This document shows, piece after piece, positions 19,324-27,102 of a DNA stretch of 64,000 nt. The notes under the pieces were generated by a model that made no database searches, was not told the DNA's origin, and saw only the letters and a program-made list of their open reading frames with translations. Made by a program: the position numbers and the translations under genes. The stretch comes from an uncultured Solirubrobacterales bacterium (GTDB taxonomy: Bacteria > Actinomycetota > Thermoleophilia > Solirubrobacterales > JBBDJG01). Each line of letters starts with the position of its first letter. Positions within the stretch are counted from its first letter, which is position 1. Where the stretch lies: assembly GCA_963816975.1 (NCBI GenBank), contig CAWFMD010000006.1:1374465-1438464 (forward strand), written 5' to 3'.

Positions 19324-19937
19324 TGGAGTCAGCCTCCGTCGCCGCAGGCGCGCACGCCCACGAGCATCACGGCCCGCCCGAGGCTCACAAGAGCTCGCGC
19401 ATCGACTCGCAGCTGCTGGGCGTCCTGCTCTTCATCATCTCCGAGGCGATGCTGTTCGGGTCGTTCTTCACGGCCTACTTCTTCGTTCGCGTCGTACAGA
19501 ACGAGCCGTGGCCGCCGGACCCGTTCGAGTACCCGGTCCTGGTGGCGAGCATGAACACGGCGATCCTGGTGTCATCGAGCTTCACGGTGCACTACGCGCT
19601 GCACTCGATCAAACGTGGCAACCGTCTCGGCATGCAGGTCGGGCTCGTGACGACGTTCCTGCTCGGGGCGATGTTCCTGCTCACGCAGGTGAACGAGTAC
19701 GTCAAGGCCGGTTTCGCGATCTCCGACGGCGCGTTCGCGTCCGTCTTCTACGGCCTCACCGGGCTGCACGGTGCGCACGTCTTCGTGGGGCTCACGCTGC
19801 TGGCGATCATGACCGTGCGCGCGTTTCGCGGCCACTTCAGTCCCGAAGCCCACATGGGCGTCGAGTGTGCGGGCATCTACTGGCACTTCGTGGACGTGAT
19901 GTGGATCGTCGTGTGGAGCACTGTCTACCTTTTGTAG
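19323..19937 (+). CDS. ctaE: Cytochrome c oxidase subunit III
   Basis: LGVLLFIISEAMLFGSFFTAYF, GLHGAHVFVG and YWHFVDVMWIV motifs. Confidence 0.9.
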   Translation: MESASVAAGAHAHEHHGPPEAHKSSRIDSQLLGVLLFIISEAMLFGSFFTAYFFVRVVQNEPWPPDPFEYPVLVASMNTAILVSSSFTVHYALHSIKRGNRLGMQVGLVTTFLLGAMFLLTQVNEYVKAGFAISDGAFASVFYGLTGLHGAHVFVGLTLLAIMTVRAFRGHFSPEAHMGVECAGIYWHFVDVMWIVVWSTVYLL

Positions 19938-20054
19938 CGAGTCCCATCCGAATCAGGGGGTGACGCGATCATCAATCCGCTCCGATCCGAGGAAGACGCT
20001 TTTCGGTTCACGCTGATCGTCGCGGCCCTGCTCGCACCGATCGCGCTGGTCGCG

Positions 20055-20639
20055 GTGATCTGGAGCACCGGCGCGGCGCTGGCCGTGGCCGGCGGTCTTG
20101 CGATCGGCGTCGTCGTCGGCCTGTTCATGCTGAAGCGGGACGAGCCGCGCGAGAAGATGCTCCTCGGCCGCCGCCTCGAGGACCGCCCTGACGGCCGCTA
20201 TCGGATCCTGGTGGTCGCCAACGAGACGCTGTCCGGCAGCGCCCTGCGCGCCGAGATCTCGCGCCGCGGGCACGGCGGGGAGGCCCACCTGAAGGTCGTG
20301 TGCCCGGCCCTCAACAGCAAGATCAAGCACTGGACCAACGAGGAGGACGCGGCCCGCGCGGCGGCCCGCGCGCGCCTCGAGACCTTGCTGGCGGGACTGC
20401 GCGGGGAGGGATTCGACGCCGACGGGGACATCGGCGACGACGACCCCGTGCAGGCCATGGAGGACGAGCTGCGGCGGTTCCCCGCCGACGAGGTGATCAT
20501 CTCCACCCACCCGCCGGGCCGTTCGAACTGGCTCGAGCGTGACGTCGTGGAACGGGCGCGGCAGACCTTCGCGATCGACGTCACCCACGTGGTGGTCGAC
20601 CTCGACCGCGAGGGCGTGGGTCCGGCGCCAGCTACTTGA
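20055..20639 (+). CDS. Membrane-anchored paralogue (third copy) of the cta-embedded domain
   Basis: Hydrophobic N-terminus, then RILVVANETLSGSALRAEISRR..DEVIISTHPPGRSNWLERDVVERA..VTHVVVD. The frame is open back to 19938, but no canonical start lies upstream of GTG 20055. Confidence 0.7.
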   Translation: MIWSTGAALAVAGGLAIGVVVGLFMLKRDEPREKMLLGRRLEDRPDGRYRILVVANETLSGSALRAEISRRGHGGEAHLKVVCPALNSKIKHWTNEEDAARAAARARLETLLAGLRGEGFDADGDIGDDDPVQAMEDELRRFPADEVIISTHPPGRSNWLERDVVERARQTFAIDVTHVVVDLDREGVGPAPAT

Positions 20640-21318
20640 CGGTCAGGTTGCCCTTCATGCCGGCCTGCTCGTGGCCCGGCACCGAGCAGTAGAACTCGTA
20701 CGTCCCGGCCTTCAGGTTCGCGCTCACCTCGGAGACCCCGCCGCCCTGCACGACGGGACCCTCGCCGTCGCCCTTGATCGCGATGTTGTGCGGCACGGAG
20801 GCGTCGTTCTTGGAGCGCAGCGTGATCTTGCCCGGCTTGGCGGTGGCGTCCTTGGCCTGATAGGCGAGCTGGCCGCTGGGGTCCGCCGGGATCGAGACCA
20901 CGTTGTTGGCGTCCGCCGCGGCGGTGCCGGAGGGACCGCCGGCGCCGCCTTCGGCCGCCTTGCCGATCGCACTCGCCACGTAGGCGCCCACGTCGCGCGC
21001 GTCGTCGCCCTTGTACAGGTCGGCCGGCATCTGGTTGCCCTGCGGCAGGTCGATCTGGTTCTCGACCACGGCCGCGATCGTGCTGCGCCCGAGGCCGTCC
21101 GCGATCGACTGCTTGAAGGCCAGGTCGAGGTTCGGCCCCTGCACGCCCTTTGTGCCGGCGTTCTGGAGGATGTGACAGGCGCCGCACTTCTGCGTGAAGA
21201 GCTCCTTGCCGCGGGCGAGGTCAGGCGGGTCCTGGCCGCCGCAGCCGGGGGCGGCCAGCGCGGTCGCGCCGGCGATCACGGCCGCGACCAGGGGGCTTCG
21301 GAGGGGCTTCGACAGCAT
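20632..21318 (-). CDS. Lipoprotein fusing a c-type cytochrome domain to a cupredoxin domain
   Basis: Lipobox LAAPGC, heme-c motif CGACH, distal Met candidate (GNQMPAD), then type-1 Cu ligands (PHNIAIKG, FYCSVPGHEQAGM). ATG 21318 (MLSKPLRS) preferred; the track start is TTG 21360. Confidence 0.8.
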   Translation of the reverse strand: MLSKPLRSPLVAAVIAGATALAAPGCGGQDPPDLARGKELFTQKCGACHILQNAGTKGVQGPNLDLAFKQSIADGLGRSTIAAVVENQIDLPQGNQMPADLYKGDDARDVGAYVASAIGKAAEGGAGGPSGTAAADANNVVSIPADPSGQLAYQAKDATAKPGKITLRSKNDASVPHNIAIKGDGEGPVVQGGGVSEVSANLKAGTYEFYCSVPGHEQAGMKGNLTVK

Positions 21319-21396
21319 CGGCGGTCGGGCATTATCCGCATTTCGGCGGTCGTGTGCCAAACGGGGGGCGCGTACGGCGCCCGATCGGCTACGCGC

Positions 21397-22815
21397 TCAG
21401 CAGCCCGACTGGGGGTCCGACGCGTTCGTCGGGGCACTCGGGCATTCCTCCCAGGTGCTGCGGGTGAAGCCCGACGCCGACCCGGACCCACCGCTGCCGG
21501 GGGGGTTGCTGCTGATGCCCGAGACGTCCCCCTCGACGAAGTTGAGGCCGTTGGTGGCGGTCACGCTCTGGGCGTAGATCGCTCCGTACCAGTTCGTCTT
21601 GTTCGTGAATTTGACGGGCGCATTCGGGGCGAAGAGTGCGGCCCCGAAGCCGGACTGGTTGCTGACGTTGATCTGGGCCGCACCGTAGTAGATGATCTGC
21701 AGCGCGGTCGGGTCGGCGGGCGGGCTGAGCGCCGGGTTGTAGTTCAAGTAGGAGGTATTGGTGATCGTGAACTTGCTGTCGCTGGAGCAGCTCGAGCCCG
21801 GGCGCGAGGATGAGTCGATGAACAACTGGACCTTTGCTCCGTTCAACAACACGATGCTTGTCTTGTTGCTGAACTTCACTTCGCAGAAGTTGAAGATCCA
21901 GTAGCCGCCCGAGCCCGCGCGCGGGTTCTGGCCGGTCAGCGTGAGGGTGGCGTCCCCGCTGTCCTCGAGGCTGCGCGTGCCGCTCGCCGGGTTGTAGTCG
22001 AAGCCGGCGGCGCTGCCGAAGACCGCCGCGTTGTCGTTGTTCGCGGCCAGCGCGGTGTTCGGATTGCCGATCAGCCCGTCGAAGCTGGGCGTCGGCCAGG
22101 GCGTCGGGTTGGGCGGCGCGACGTTGGGGGTGCCGCTGCACGAGTTCGAGATCGTCCCGCTCGGCCCCGGCGCGAAATCGATGCTCGAGGCCGAGCCCGA
22201 GGTCTTGCAGGACTTGAGCTTGAACTCGCCGTTCGTCGCGACCCGGCCCACGATGTCTCCGAAGCCGTTCTGGTTGATGTCGATCGAGCCCAGCCCCGAG
22301 AGTCCCAATCTCGGAAACAGCGGGGTGCTCGCTGCCGCGCTCGCGACCAGGGCCTCGAGGCGGCGCACCACGTTGCCGACCGTCCCGATCGAGGTGATGC
22401 ACCGCTGGATCGGCGTCGCGCCTCCGCTCTGCGCGGTCGTTCCGCCGCAGGCGGTCCCGGCGTCGAGCACGGGGGTCACGTAGTAGGAGTAGGTCGCGCC
22501 GTTGCCCGCGCCTGCGGTGGCCGGCGGGCACTCGCCGGGCGCCGCACCCGACGTGCCCGTCGCGACCGGCTGGTCCGTCAGGCACATGCCGGCTGCGGGG
22601 TCGACCTTGTTGAGGCGGTACCGCGCGATCTGCATGCCGGCCTCCGCCGCGCCGAGCGCGCGCTTCGCGCTGGTGTCCCGGCTCGCGGTGTTGTTGGCCT
22701 GGATCGACGCGCTGAGCACGACCGCGACCAGCAGGAGAACGACCGCCAGCACGGATACCGCGAGCGCCACCGCGACGCCGCTCTCGTCCCGGATCAGGCG
22801 GCGCGACACGCTCAC
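21397..22815 (-). CDS. PilX-N-like large pseudopilin/pilus-associated protein
   Basis: GTG 22815 forms a GTGA overlap with the upstream stop. RDESGVAVALAVSVLAVVLLLVAVVLSASIQ...AKRALGAAEAGMQIA matches the PilX N-terminal pattern. Gly/Thr/Ser/Asn-rich beta-type remainder. Confidence 0.7.
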   Translation of the reverse strand: MSVSRRLIRDESGVAVALAVSVLAVVLLLVAVVLSASIQANNTASRDTSAKRALGAAEAGMQIARYRLNKVDPAAGMCLTDQPVATGTSGAAPGECPPATAGAGNGATYSYYVTPVLDAGTACGGTTAQSGGATPIQRCITSIGTVGNVVRRLEALVASAAASTPLFPRLGLSGLGSIDINQNGFGDIVGRVATNGEFKLKSCKTSGSASSIDFAPGPSGTISNSCSGTPNVAPPNPTPWPTPSFDGLIGNPNTALAANNDNAAVFGSAAGFDYNPASGTRSLEDSGDATLTLTGQNPRAGSGGYWIFNFCEVKFSNKTSIVLLNGAKVQLFIDSSSRPGSSCSSDSKFTITNTSYLNYNPALSPPADPTALQIIYYGAAQINVSNQSGFGAALFAPNAPVKFTNKTNWYGAIYAQSVTATNGLNFVEGDVSGISSNPPGSGGSGSASGFTRSTWEECPSAPTNASDPQSGC

Positions 22816-23477
22816 GAGCCCTTCCTCGCGTTCGGGTCCGTTGCCACGGCGGAGAACAGCAGCGGCTTGCGGGCGCTGCCCGTGACCGTCACCGCCACCG
22901 TGATTCGCTTGTAGTCGGAGGTGATCGCCTGGTCCGCGGAGCTGGAGCACGATGTGCACGGGTCGTCGATCGAGGTGATGAACCTGTAGAGGCTCCCGGT
23001 CAGTCCCCCGGCGCTCCACGAGATCGGGCCGGGGGCCGTGGTCCCGCTCGCGTTGATCACCAGCGGGGCGACCGTCGCCGATGAGGCGGGGGCACTCTGG
23101 TCCCACTGGTAGCACGAGCTTGCGGAGGCGGGACAGCCCGAGGCGCCACTCGCGTAGACGTAGTAGCGGGGATCGCCCGGGTTCGTGCTCGCGGCGGGAG
23201 CCGCGTTGGTCGCGATCGATGCGTAGCCTCCCGCGAGCAGCCGTTCGAGGTCCTGCTGCGCGACGTGCGCGGCGGCCTGCTTGTTCTCCGAGCTGACGGT
23301 CAGCCTGCGGGAGCTGTCGAGCGCCATCGCCGCTCCCAGGAGGCCGACGGACAGCATCATGATCGCCACCAGCAGCTCGATCATCGTGAAGCCGCGCTCG
23401 TGGAGCAGCCGGCGGCGGGCCCGTCCAGCCAGGGGCGGCCCCGCGGTGGCGAGCGCTTTCAGCGCGTGCGACGTCAC
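22812..23477 (-). CDS. Type IV pilin-like protein with prepilin cleavage/methylation motif
   Basis: ERG/FTMIELLVAIMMLSVGLLG (G-1, E+5, hydrophobic helix). Track coordinates used. Confidence 0.8.
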   Translation of the reverse strand: MTSHALKALATAGPPLAGRARRRLLHERGFTMIELLVAIMMLSVGLLGAAMALDSSRRLTVSSENKQAAAHVAQQDLERLLAGGYASIATNAAPAASTNPGDPRYYVYASGASGCPASASSCYQWDQSAPASSATVAPLVINASGTTAPGPISWSAGGLTGSLYRFITSIDDPCTSCSSSADQAITSDYKRITVAVTVTGSARKPLLFSAVATDPNARKGS

Positions 23478-24088
23478 TGGGTTCCGAGATTCCTGGGGTA
23501 GAAGCCATCGTCCAGGGTGATGTTTCGGCTGTAGCCGGTCGAGCCTCCAGCGTTGGCGGGCACGACGACGGTGGCCTGGACGAACGTCGGATTAATCGCG
23601 TCCGGCGTGAAGCTGAAGACGCCCGGGTTGGACGGCGCCGCCGCGGTCCCGTTCAGGACCCGGTCCACGATCACAGGCGCGCTTCCGGTACTCGGCGCGG
23701 CCGTGAGCGTCGTGCTGGCAGCCCGCACGCACTGGCGATAGCTGACCCCCGAAGGCTGCACGTCGCACTTGTAGACGACGCGCGTCGGCACTCCCGCGAT
23801 CGCGATCTTGACGTCCATCGTGCTCGCGCTCGCCGCATAGATGGTGCTGGCCTGGCGCAGCTCGCGGGTCATGCGATGGAGGCCGACCTGGACCGCGCGG
23901 GCGGCTTGGCCGGCTGCGATCTCGCGCCTGGCGACCTTGTCCGTGACGTTGTAGAAGCCGAACAGCGACAGCATGACCACGACGAACCCCGACATCACTG
24001 CCAGCAGCTCGATCAGCGAGAACCCGGCCTCGCCGCCGAGCAGGCGCGCAGCTCCACGTGGAGCCTTCCGTGGCATCCAGTTGGACAT
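23474..24088 (-). CDS. Type IV pilin-like protein with prepilin cleavage/methylation motif
   Basis: GEAG/FSLIELLAVMSGFVVVMLSLFG. ATG 24088 (MSNWMPRKAPRG) chosen, because the track ORF start 24205 would run into the tRNA gene. Confidence 0.8.
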   Translation of the reverse strand: MSNWMPRKAPRGAARLLGGEAGFSLIELLAVMSGFVVVMLSLFGFYNVTDKVARREIAAGQAARAVQVGLHRMTRELRQASTIYAASASTMDVKIAIAGVPTRVVYKCDVQPSGVSYRQCVRAASTTLTAAPSTGSAPVIVDRVLNGTAAAPSNPGVFSFTPDAINPTFVQATVVVPANAGGSTGYSRNITLDDGFYPRNLGTQ

Positions 24089-24169
24089 TCGACCTATGTG
24101 TGATCGGCTACTTCGGCCCAGGGGTTGAGCGGAAACGCGGTTTTCCGTCGCCTCCCTCCTGACGCGCAG

Positions 24170-24242
24170 AGCCGGAGAGGGGACTCGAACCCCTGGCCCC
24201 GTCATTACAAGTGACGTGCTCTACCAACTGAGCTACTCCGGC
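24170..24242 (-). tRNA. tRNA-Thr (anticodon UGU)
   Basis: Minus strand reads GCCGGAGTAGCTCAGTTGGTAGAGCACGTCACTTGTAATGACGGGGCCAGGGGTTCGAGTCCCCTCTCCGGCT. Acceptor stem GCCGGAG/CTCCGGC, D arm GCTC/GAGC, anticodon stem CGTCA/TGACG with loop CTTGTAA, T arm AGGGG-TTCGAGT-CCCCT. 73 nt, CCA not encoded. Confidence 0.9.
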
Positions 24243-24667
24243 AGCTCGTAGTCCCGCGCCCACCGCACACGCTTGTCCTGGCCGTTTGCGGTGGGATCGA
24301 TTCGAAGGGTACCGCGGGACCGGGTGGTCTCATCGATCGGGATCGCGTAGATCCCCTTGGTCTCGGGACAGTGCACCATGAAGAGCTCCACCTGGTCCCG
24401 GTAGTCGCGTATCAACGTCTGCCTCGTGTTCACCCGGATGCTGCGCACGTTGAAGTCGATGCAGCCGTTGCGCAGGCGGCCGGTCTTGCACTGGACCCGG
24501 AGGAACGAGCCTTCGATGTCGAGCACCAGGTCGTAGCGCTGGTTCTGGCCGAATGGCAGCAGGACCCGTTAGCCGCGTCTCACGAGCTCGGCCAGGATCG
24601 TGGCCTCGGTCCGGCTGCCGACGTCCACCGGGTGGCGACTGGGTGTGGGCGCGGGAAGGGTTCTCAT
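24233..24667 (-). pseudogene. Small PD-(D/E)XK-type endonuclease gene interrupted by an in-frame TAA
   Basis: The frame reads MRTLPAPTPSRHPVDVGSRTEATILAELVRRG-TAA-RVLLPFGQNQRYDLVLDIEGSFLRVQCKTGR..., with nuclease core D..(D/E)xK as YDLVLD / VQCK. The stop codon is at 24569-24571. The 3' end overlaps the first 10 nt of tRNA-Thr. Confidence 0.6.
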
Positions 24668-24817
24668 CGGGCTTTCCCAGGCTATGGTGAGAGGCCTGAC
24701 GAGTCAGGACGCGGGTGTAGCTGGATCGTGCCGAGTTTCGCGCCGCGTGTGCTCGTCGCGGAGCGCGGCGCAGGGGCGCGCCCGCACGCGGCGAATCTCC
24801 TGTAACTCCGCATTCCG

Positions 24818-26497
24818 ATGCGGGGTATTCACCCTGTCGAGATGGACCTCGAGCGCGCCCACCAGATCGCCCGCGAACGCGGCCCCGTGATGCCCGTCTA
24901 TTGGGTGGTCCGCGCGATCCTCCAGCCGTTCTTCCACCTGTACTTCCGACTCGGACGCATCGGCCGGGAGCACGTCCCCGCGCAGGGCCCCGTGCTGCTC
25001 GCGTCCAACCACCGCAGCTTCGCGGACCCATTCCTGATCGGCTGCTGCCTCGGGCGTCCGCTGCGCTTCGTCGCGAAGCTCGAGTTGTTCGACAAGCGCT
25101 GGAAGGCCCGGCTCCTGCTGGCCCTCGGCGCCTTCCCCATCCGCCGCGGGGAATCCGACGAGGCCGCGATGGAGACGGCCCGGGTGATCCTCGAGCAGGG
25201 CGGTGCGGTCGGCATCTTCCCGGAGGGCACCCGCGTGCGGCCCGGTCCGCTGGGCGAGCCGAAGCGCGGCGTCGGCCGGCTGGCGCTCGAGACCGGCGCT
25301 CCCATCGTGCCCGTCGCGATCGTCGGCACGGAGGACATCCGCAAGGGCTGGCGCATCCGCCCGCGCCGCGTGACCGTCCGCTGCGGCCGCGCCCTGCGCT
25401 TCCCGCGCCCACTCGATCGCGAGCCCCGTCAGGCGGCCGCGCAGGAGATCTCCAACCGCGTGTGGTCGTGCATCTCGTTGCAGTGGGAATGGCTCGGGGG
25501 CCTGCAGCCGATCCGCCAGGCTGTCGTGGTCGGCGCCGGCAGCTGGGGCACTGCGGTGGCCACGCTGCTGGCGCGCTCAGGCACCACGGTGCAGCTCGGC
25601 TGCCGCACCGCGGAGCAGGCTCGCGACCTCGGCCTGAACCGCACGAATGCCGCGTATCTGCCGGGAGTCCAGCTGCCCGACAACGTGCGGGTCGTGATGG
25701 TCGACGATCTCCGCTTCGACGACGTGAGCCTGGTCTGCATGGCGGTTCCCTCCCGCTCGCTCGACGACGCGCTCGGCGCCATCCGGGCGCGCATCCCCGA
25801 CGGCCTCGGCGTGCTGGTGCTCTCGAAGGGCCTGCTTGCGCCGCACGGCACGCTGCCGAGCCAGCTGGTCGCCGCGCGCACCGGCGAACGGCCGACCGCA
25901 TGCCTCGGCGGGCCGGCTCATGCCGGCGAAGCGGTTCGCCGCGGCGCGCACGTGACCGTCGCATCTGCCGACCCGACGTTCGCGGCGCTGATCGCGAGCA
26001 GCCTGCGGCGCGCGGGACTTGCGTGCGACACGAGCCGCGACCTCGTCGGCATCGAGCTCGCAGGTGCCGCGAAGAACGCGGCCGCCCTGGCCGCGGGTGC
26101 GGCGATGGCGGATGGGCCGAACGCGGCCGGGGCGGCCGCGGGACGCGTCTACGAGGAGTGCCACGCGCTCGCCCACAAGCGCGGCGCGGCGGCCGCGAGC
26201 TTCACCGGTACGGCCGGCATCGGCGACCTGGTGGCCACCGTGCTCGCGGCACACAGCCGCAACCGGCGCGCCGGCGAGCTGCTTGCGCAGGGAGTCGAGC
26301 CCGGGGAGATCCCGCAGATCCTGGGCCAGGTTCCGGAGTCCCTGCATGCGGTACCCGTGCTCGCGCGGGCGATGAGCGAGGCGGGCGTCCGATCCACGGC
26401 GACCGAGCAGCTGGCGGCGCTCGCGGAGGGACGCATCGGCCCGGACCAGTGGGTCGAATTGGCGCGCCGCTCGCGCGCAGGGTCACGAGCCGCCTGA
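24818..26497 (+). CDS. plsC/gpsA: Fusion protein: 1-acyl-sn-glycerol-3-phosphate acyltransferase (PlsC) domain + NAD(P)H-dependent glycerol-3-phosphate dehydrogenase (GpsA) domain
   Basis: N-half: LLASNHRSFADPF (HX4D) and GIFPEGTR. C-half: VVVGAGSWGTAVATLLA Rossmann motif, NAAYLPG, GAAKNAAALAAG. One continuous frame with no stop between the halves. The start could be 24818 or 24842. Confidence 0.85.
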   Translation: MRGIHPVEMDLERAHQIARERGPVMPVYWVVRAILQPFFHLYFRLGRIGREHVPAQGPVLLASNHRSFADPFLIGCCLGRPLRFVAKLELFDKRWKARLLLALGAFPIRRGESDEAAMETARVILEQGGAVGIFPEGTRVRPGPLGEPKRGVGRLALETGAPIVPVAIVGTEDIRKGWRIRPRRVTVRCGRALRFPRPLDREPRQAAAQEISNRVWSCISLQWEWLGGLQPIRQAVVVGAGSWGTAVATLLARSGTTVQLGCRTAEQARDLGLNRTNAAYLPGVQLPDNVRVVMVDDLRFDDVSLVCMAVPSRSLDDALGAIRARIPDGLGVLVLSKGLLAPHGTLPSQLVAARTGERPTACLGGPAHAGEAVRRGAHVTVASADPTFAALIASSLRRAGLACDTSRDLVGIELAGAAKNAAALAAGAAMADGPNAAGAAAGRVYEECHALAHKRGAAAASFTGTAGIGDLVATVLAAHSRNRRAGELLAQGVEPGEIPQILGQVPESLHAVPVLARAMSEAGVRSTATEQLAALAEGRIGPDQWVELARRSRAGSRAA

Positions 26498-26535
26498 GCT
26501 CCGCGCCGTATGCCACCCCGGATACGCTCTGAGAG

Positions 26536-27102
26536 ATGGCCTCCAAGGCGCAAGAGAGTGGGTCGCCGGTGGACAAGGCGACCCTGGACCGCGACTTCTC
26601 CCAGTTCTACCGGGACCACCTGCGCGACGTCTACAACTACACGTACTACCGCACCGGCAACCACCACGACGCCGAGGATCTCACCACGCAGACGTTCATC
26701 CAGGCCTACCGGCACTTCGATCGCGCCCGCCGGGAGGCCCACGGCCGCCCCATGCGCCCGTGGCTCATCCGCATCGCCCACAACCTCGCGGCCAACTACT
26801 ACCGCGATCGCAAGCGCAAGCCTACGTCGGCGCTCGACGACGTCGAGGCGACGCTCGGGCAGCCACACGACACGGAGGACATCGTGGTCGGGCGCGAGGA
26901 GGCGGTGGCCGTGCTCAAGGGCGTGCAGTCACTGCCCGACGATCGCCGGGAAGCGCTCATCATGAGATTCGCGCTCGGAATGGACAACCGCGAGATCGCA
27001 CGCACGATGGGACGCACCGAGGGCGCCACGAAGGTGCTGATCCACCGTGCGATCAAGCAGCTCGAGCACGACCTGAAGCTGGAAGCGGGCGAGCAGGGCT
27101 GA
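26536..27102 (+). CDS. ECF-type sigma-70 family RNA polymerase sigma factor
   Basis: Region 2 (DAEDLTTQTFIQAY, WLIRIAHNLAANYYR) and region 4 HTH (REALIMRFALGMDNREIARTMGRTEGATKVLIHRAIKQL). Confidence 0.9.
   Translation: MASKAQESGSPVDKATLDRDFSQFYRDHLRDVYNYTYYRTGNHHDAEDLTTQTFIQAYRHFDRARREAHGRPMRPWLIRIAHNLAANYYRDRKRKPTSALDDVEATLGQPHDTEDIVVGREEAVAVLKGVQSLPDDRREALIMRFALGMDNREIARTMGRTEGATKVLIHRAIKQLEHDLKLEAGEQG

Noticed and set aside
19938-20054. Upstream extension of the third cta-linked domain protein (..IINPLRSEEDAFRFTLIVAALLAPIALVAV), which would add another TM helix.
   Set aside because: The frame is open and the sequence is hydrophobic, but there is no ATG, GTG or TTG in frame before 20055. 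I kept the canonical GTG and note that a non-canonical start is possible.
23470-23480. Possible coordinate inconsistency at the junction of the two pseudopilin genes.
   Set aside because: My hand count placed the TGA/GTG at this junction 1 nt to the right of the ORF-track coordinates. The track lengths are multiples of three and agree with checks at 22812, 24088 and 24205. I attribute the difference to my manual counting and used the track coordinates.
21397-23508. 703-aa ORF read as one giant pilus protein.
   Set aside because: Its first 230 or so codons (Arg/Gly/Pro-rich) overlap, in another frame, the well-supported pseudopilin gene 22812..23477. A GTG at 22815 in a GTGA overlap gives a sensible PilX-like N-terminus.
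24089-24700. Genomic island integrated at tRNA-Thr.
   Set aside because: I found no integrase or recombinase and no direct repeat of the tRNA 3' end in the window. The flanking pseudopilin genes have host-like GC content. Only the decayed nuclease gene hints at past mobile DNA, so no island is called.
24693-24706. Palindrome CCTGAC-GA-GTCAGG between the nuclease pseudogene and plsC/gpsA.
   Set aside because: With only 6-bp arms and a single occurrence, this is too weak to call an operator or terminator.
24330-25964. 544-aa minus-strand ORF covering the plsC/gpsA region. Similar very long ORFs include 46102..48243(-), 10226..11953(-), 40505..42124(-), 13593..14915(+), 50369..52384(+), 44793..45521(-) and 6700..7920(-).
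   Set aside because: The translations are dominated by Arg/Ala/Pro/Gly runs with no motifs. They lie antisense or out of frame to genes with unmistakable family signatures. These are typical open-frame artefacts of very GC-rich DNA.
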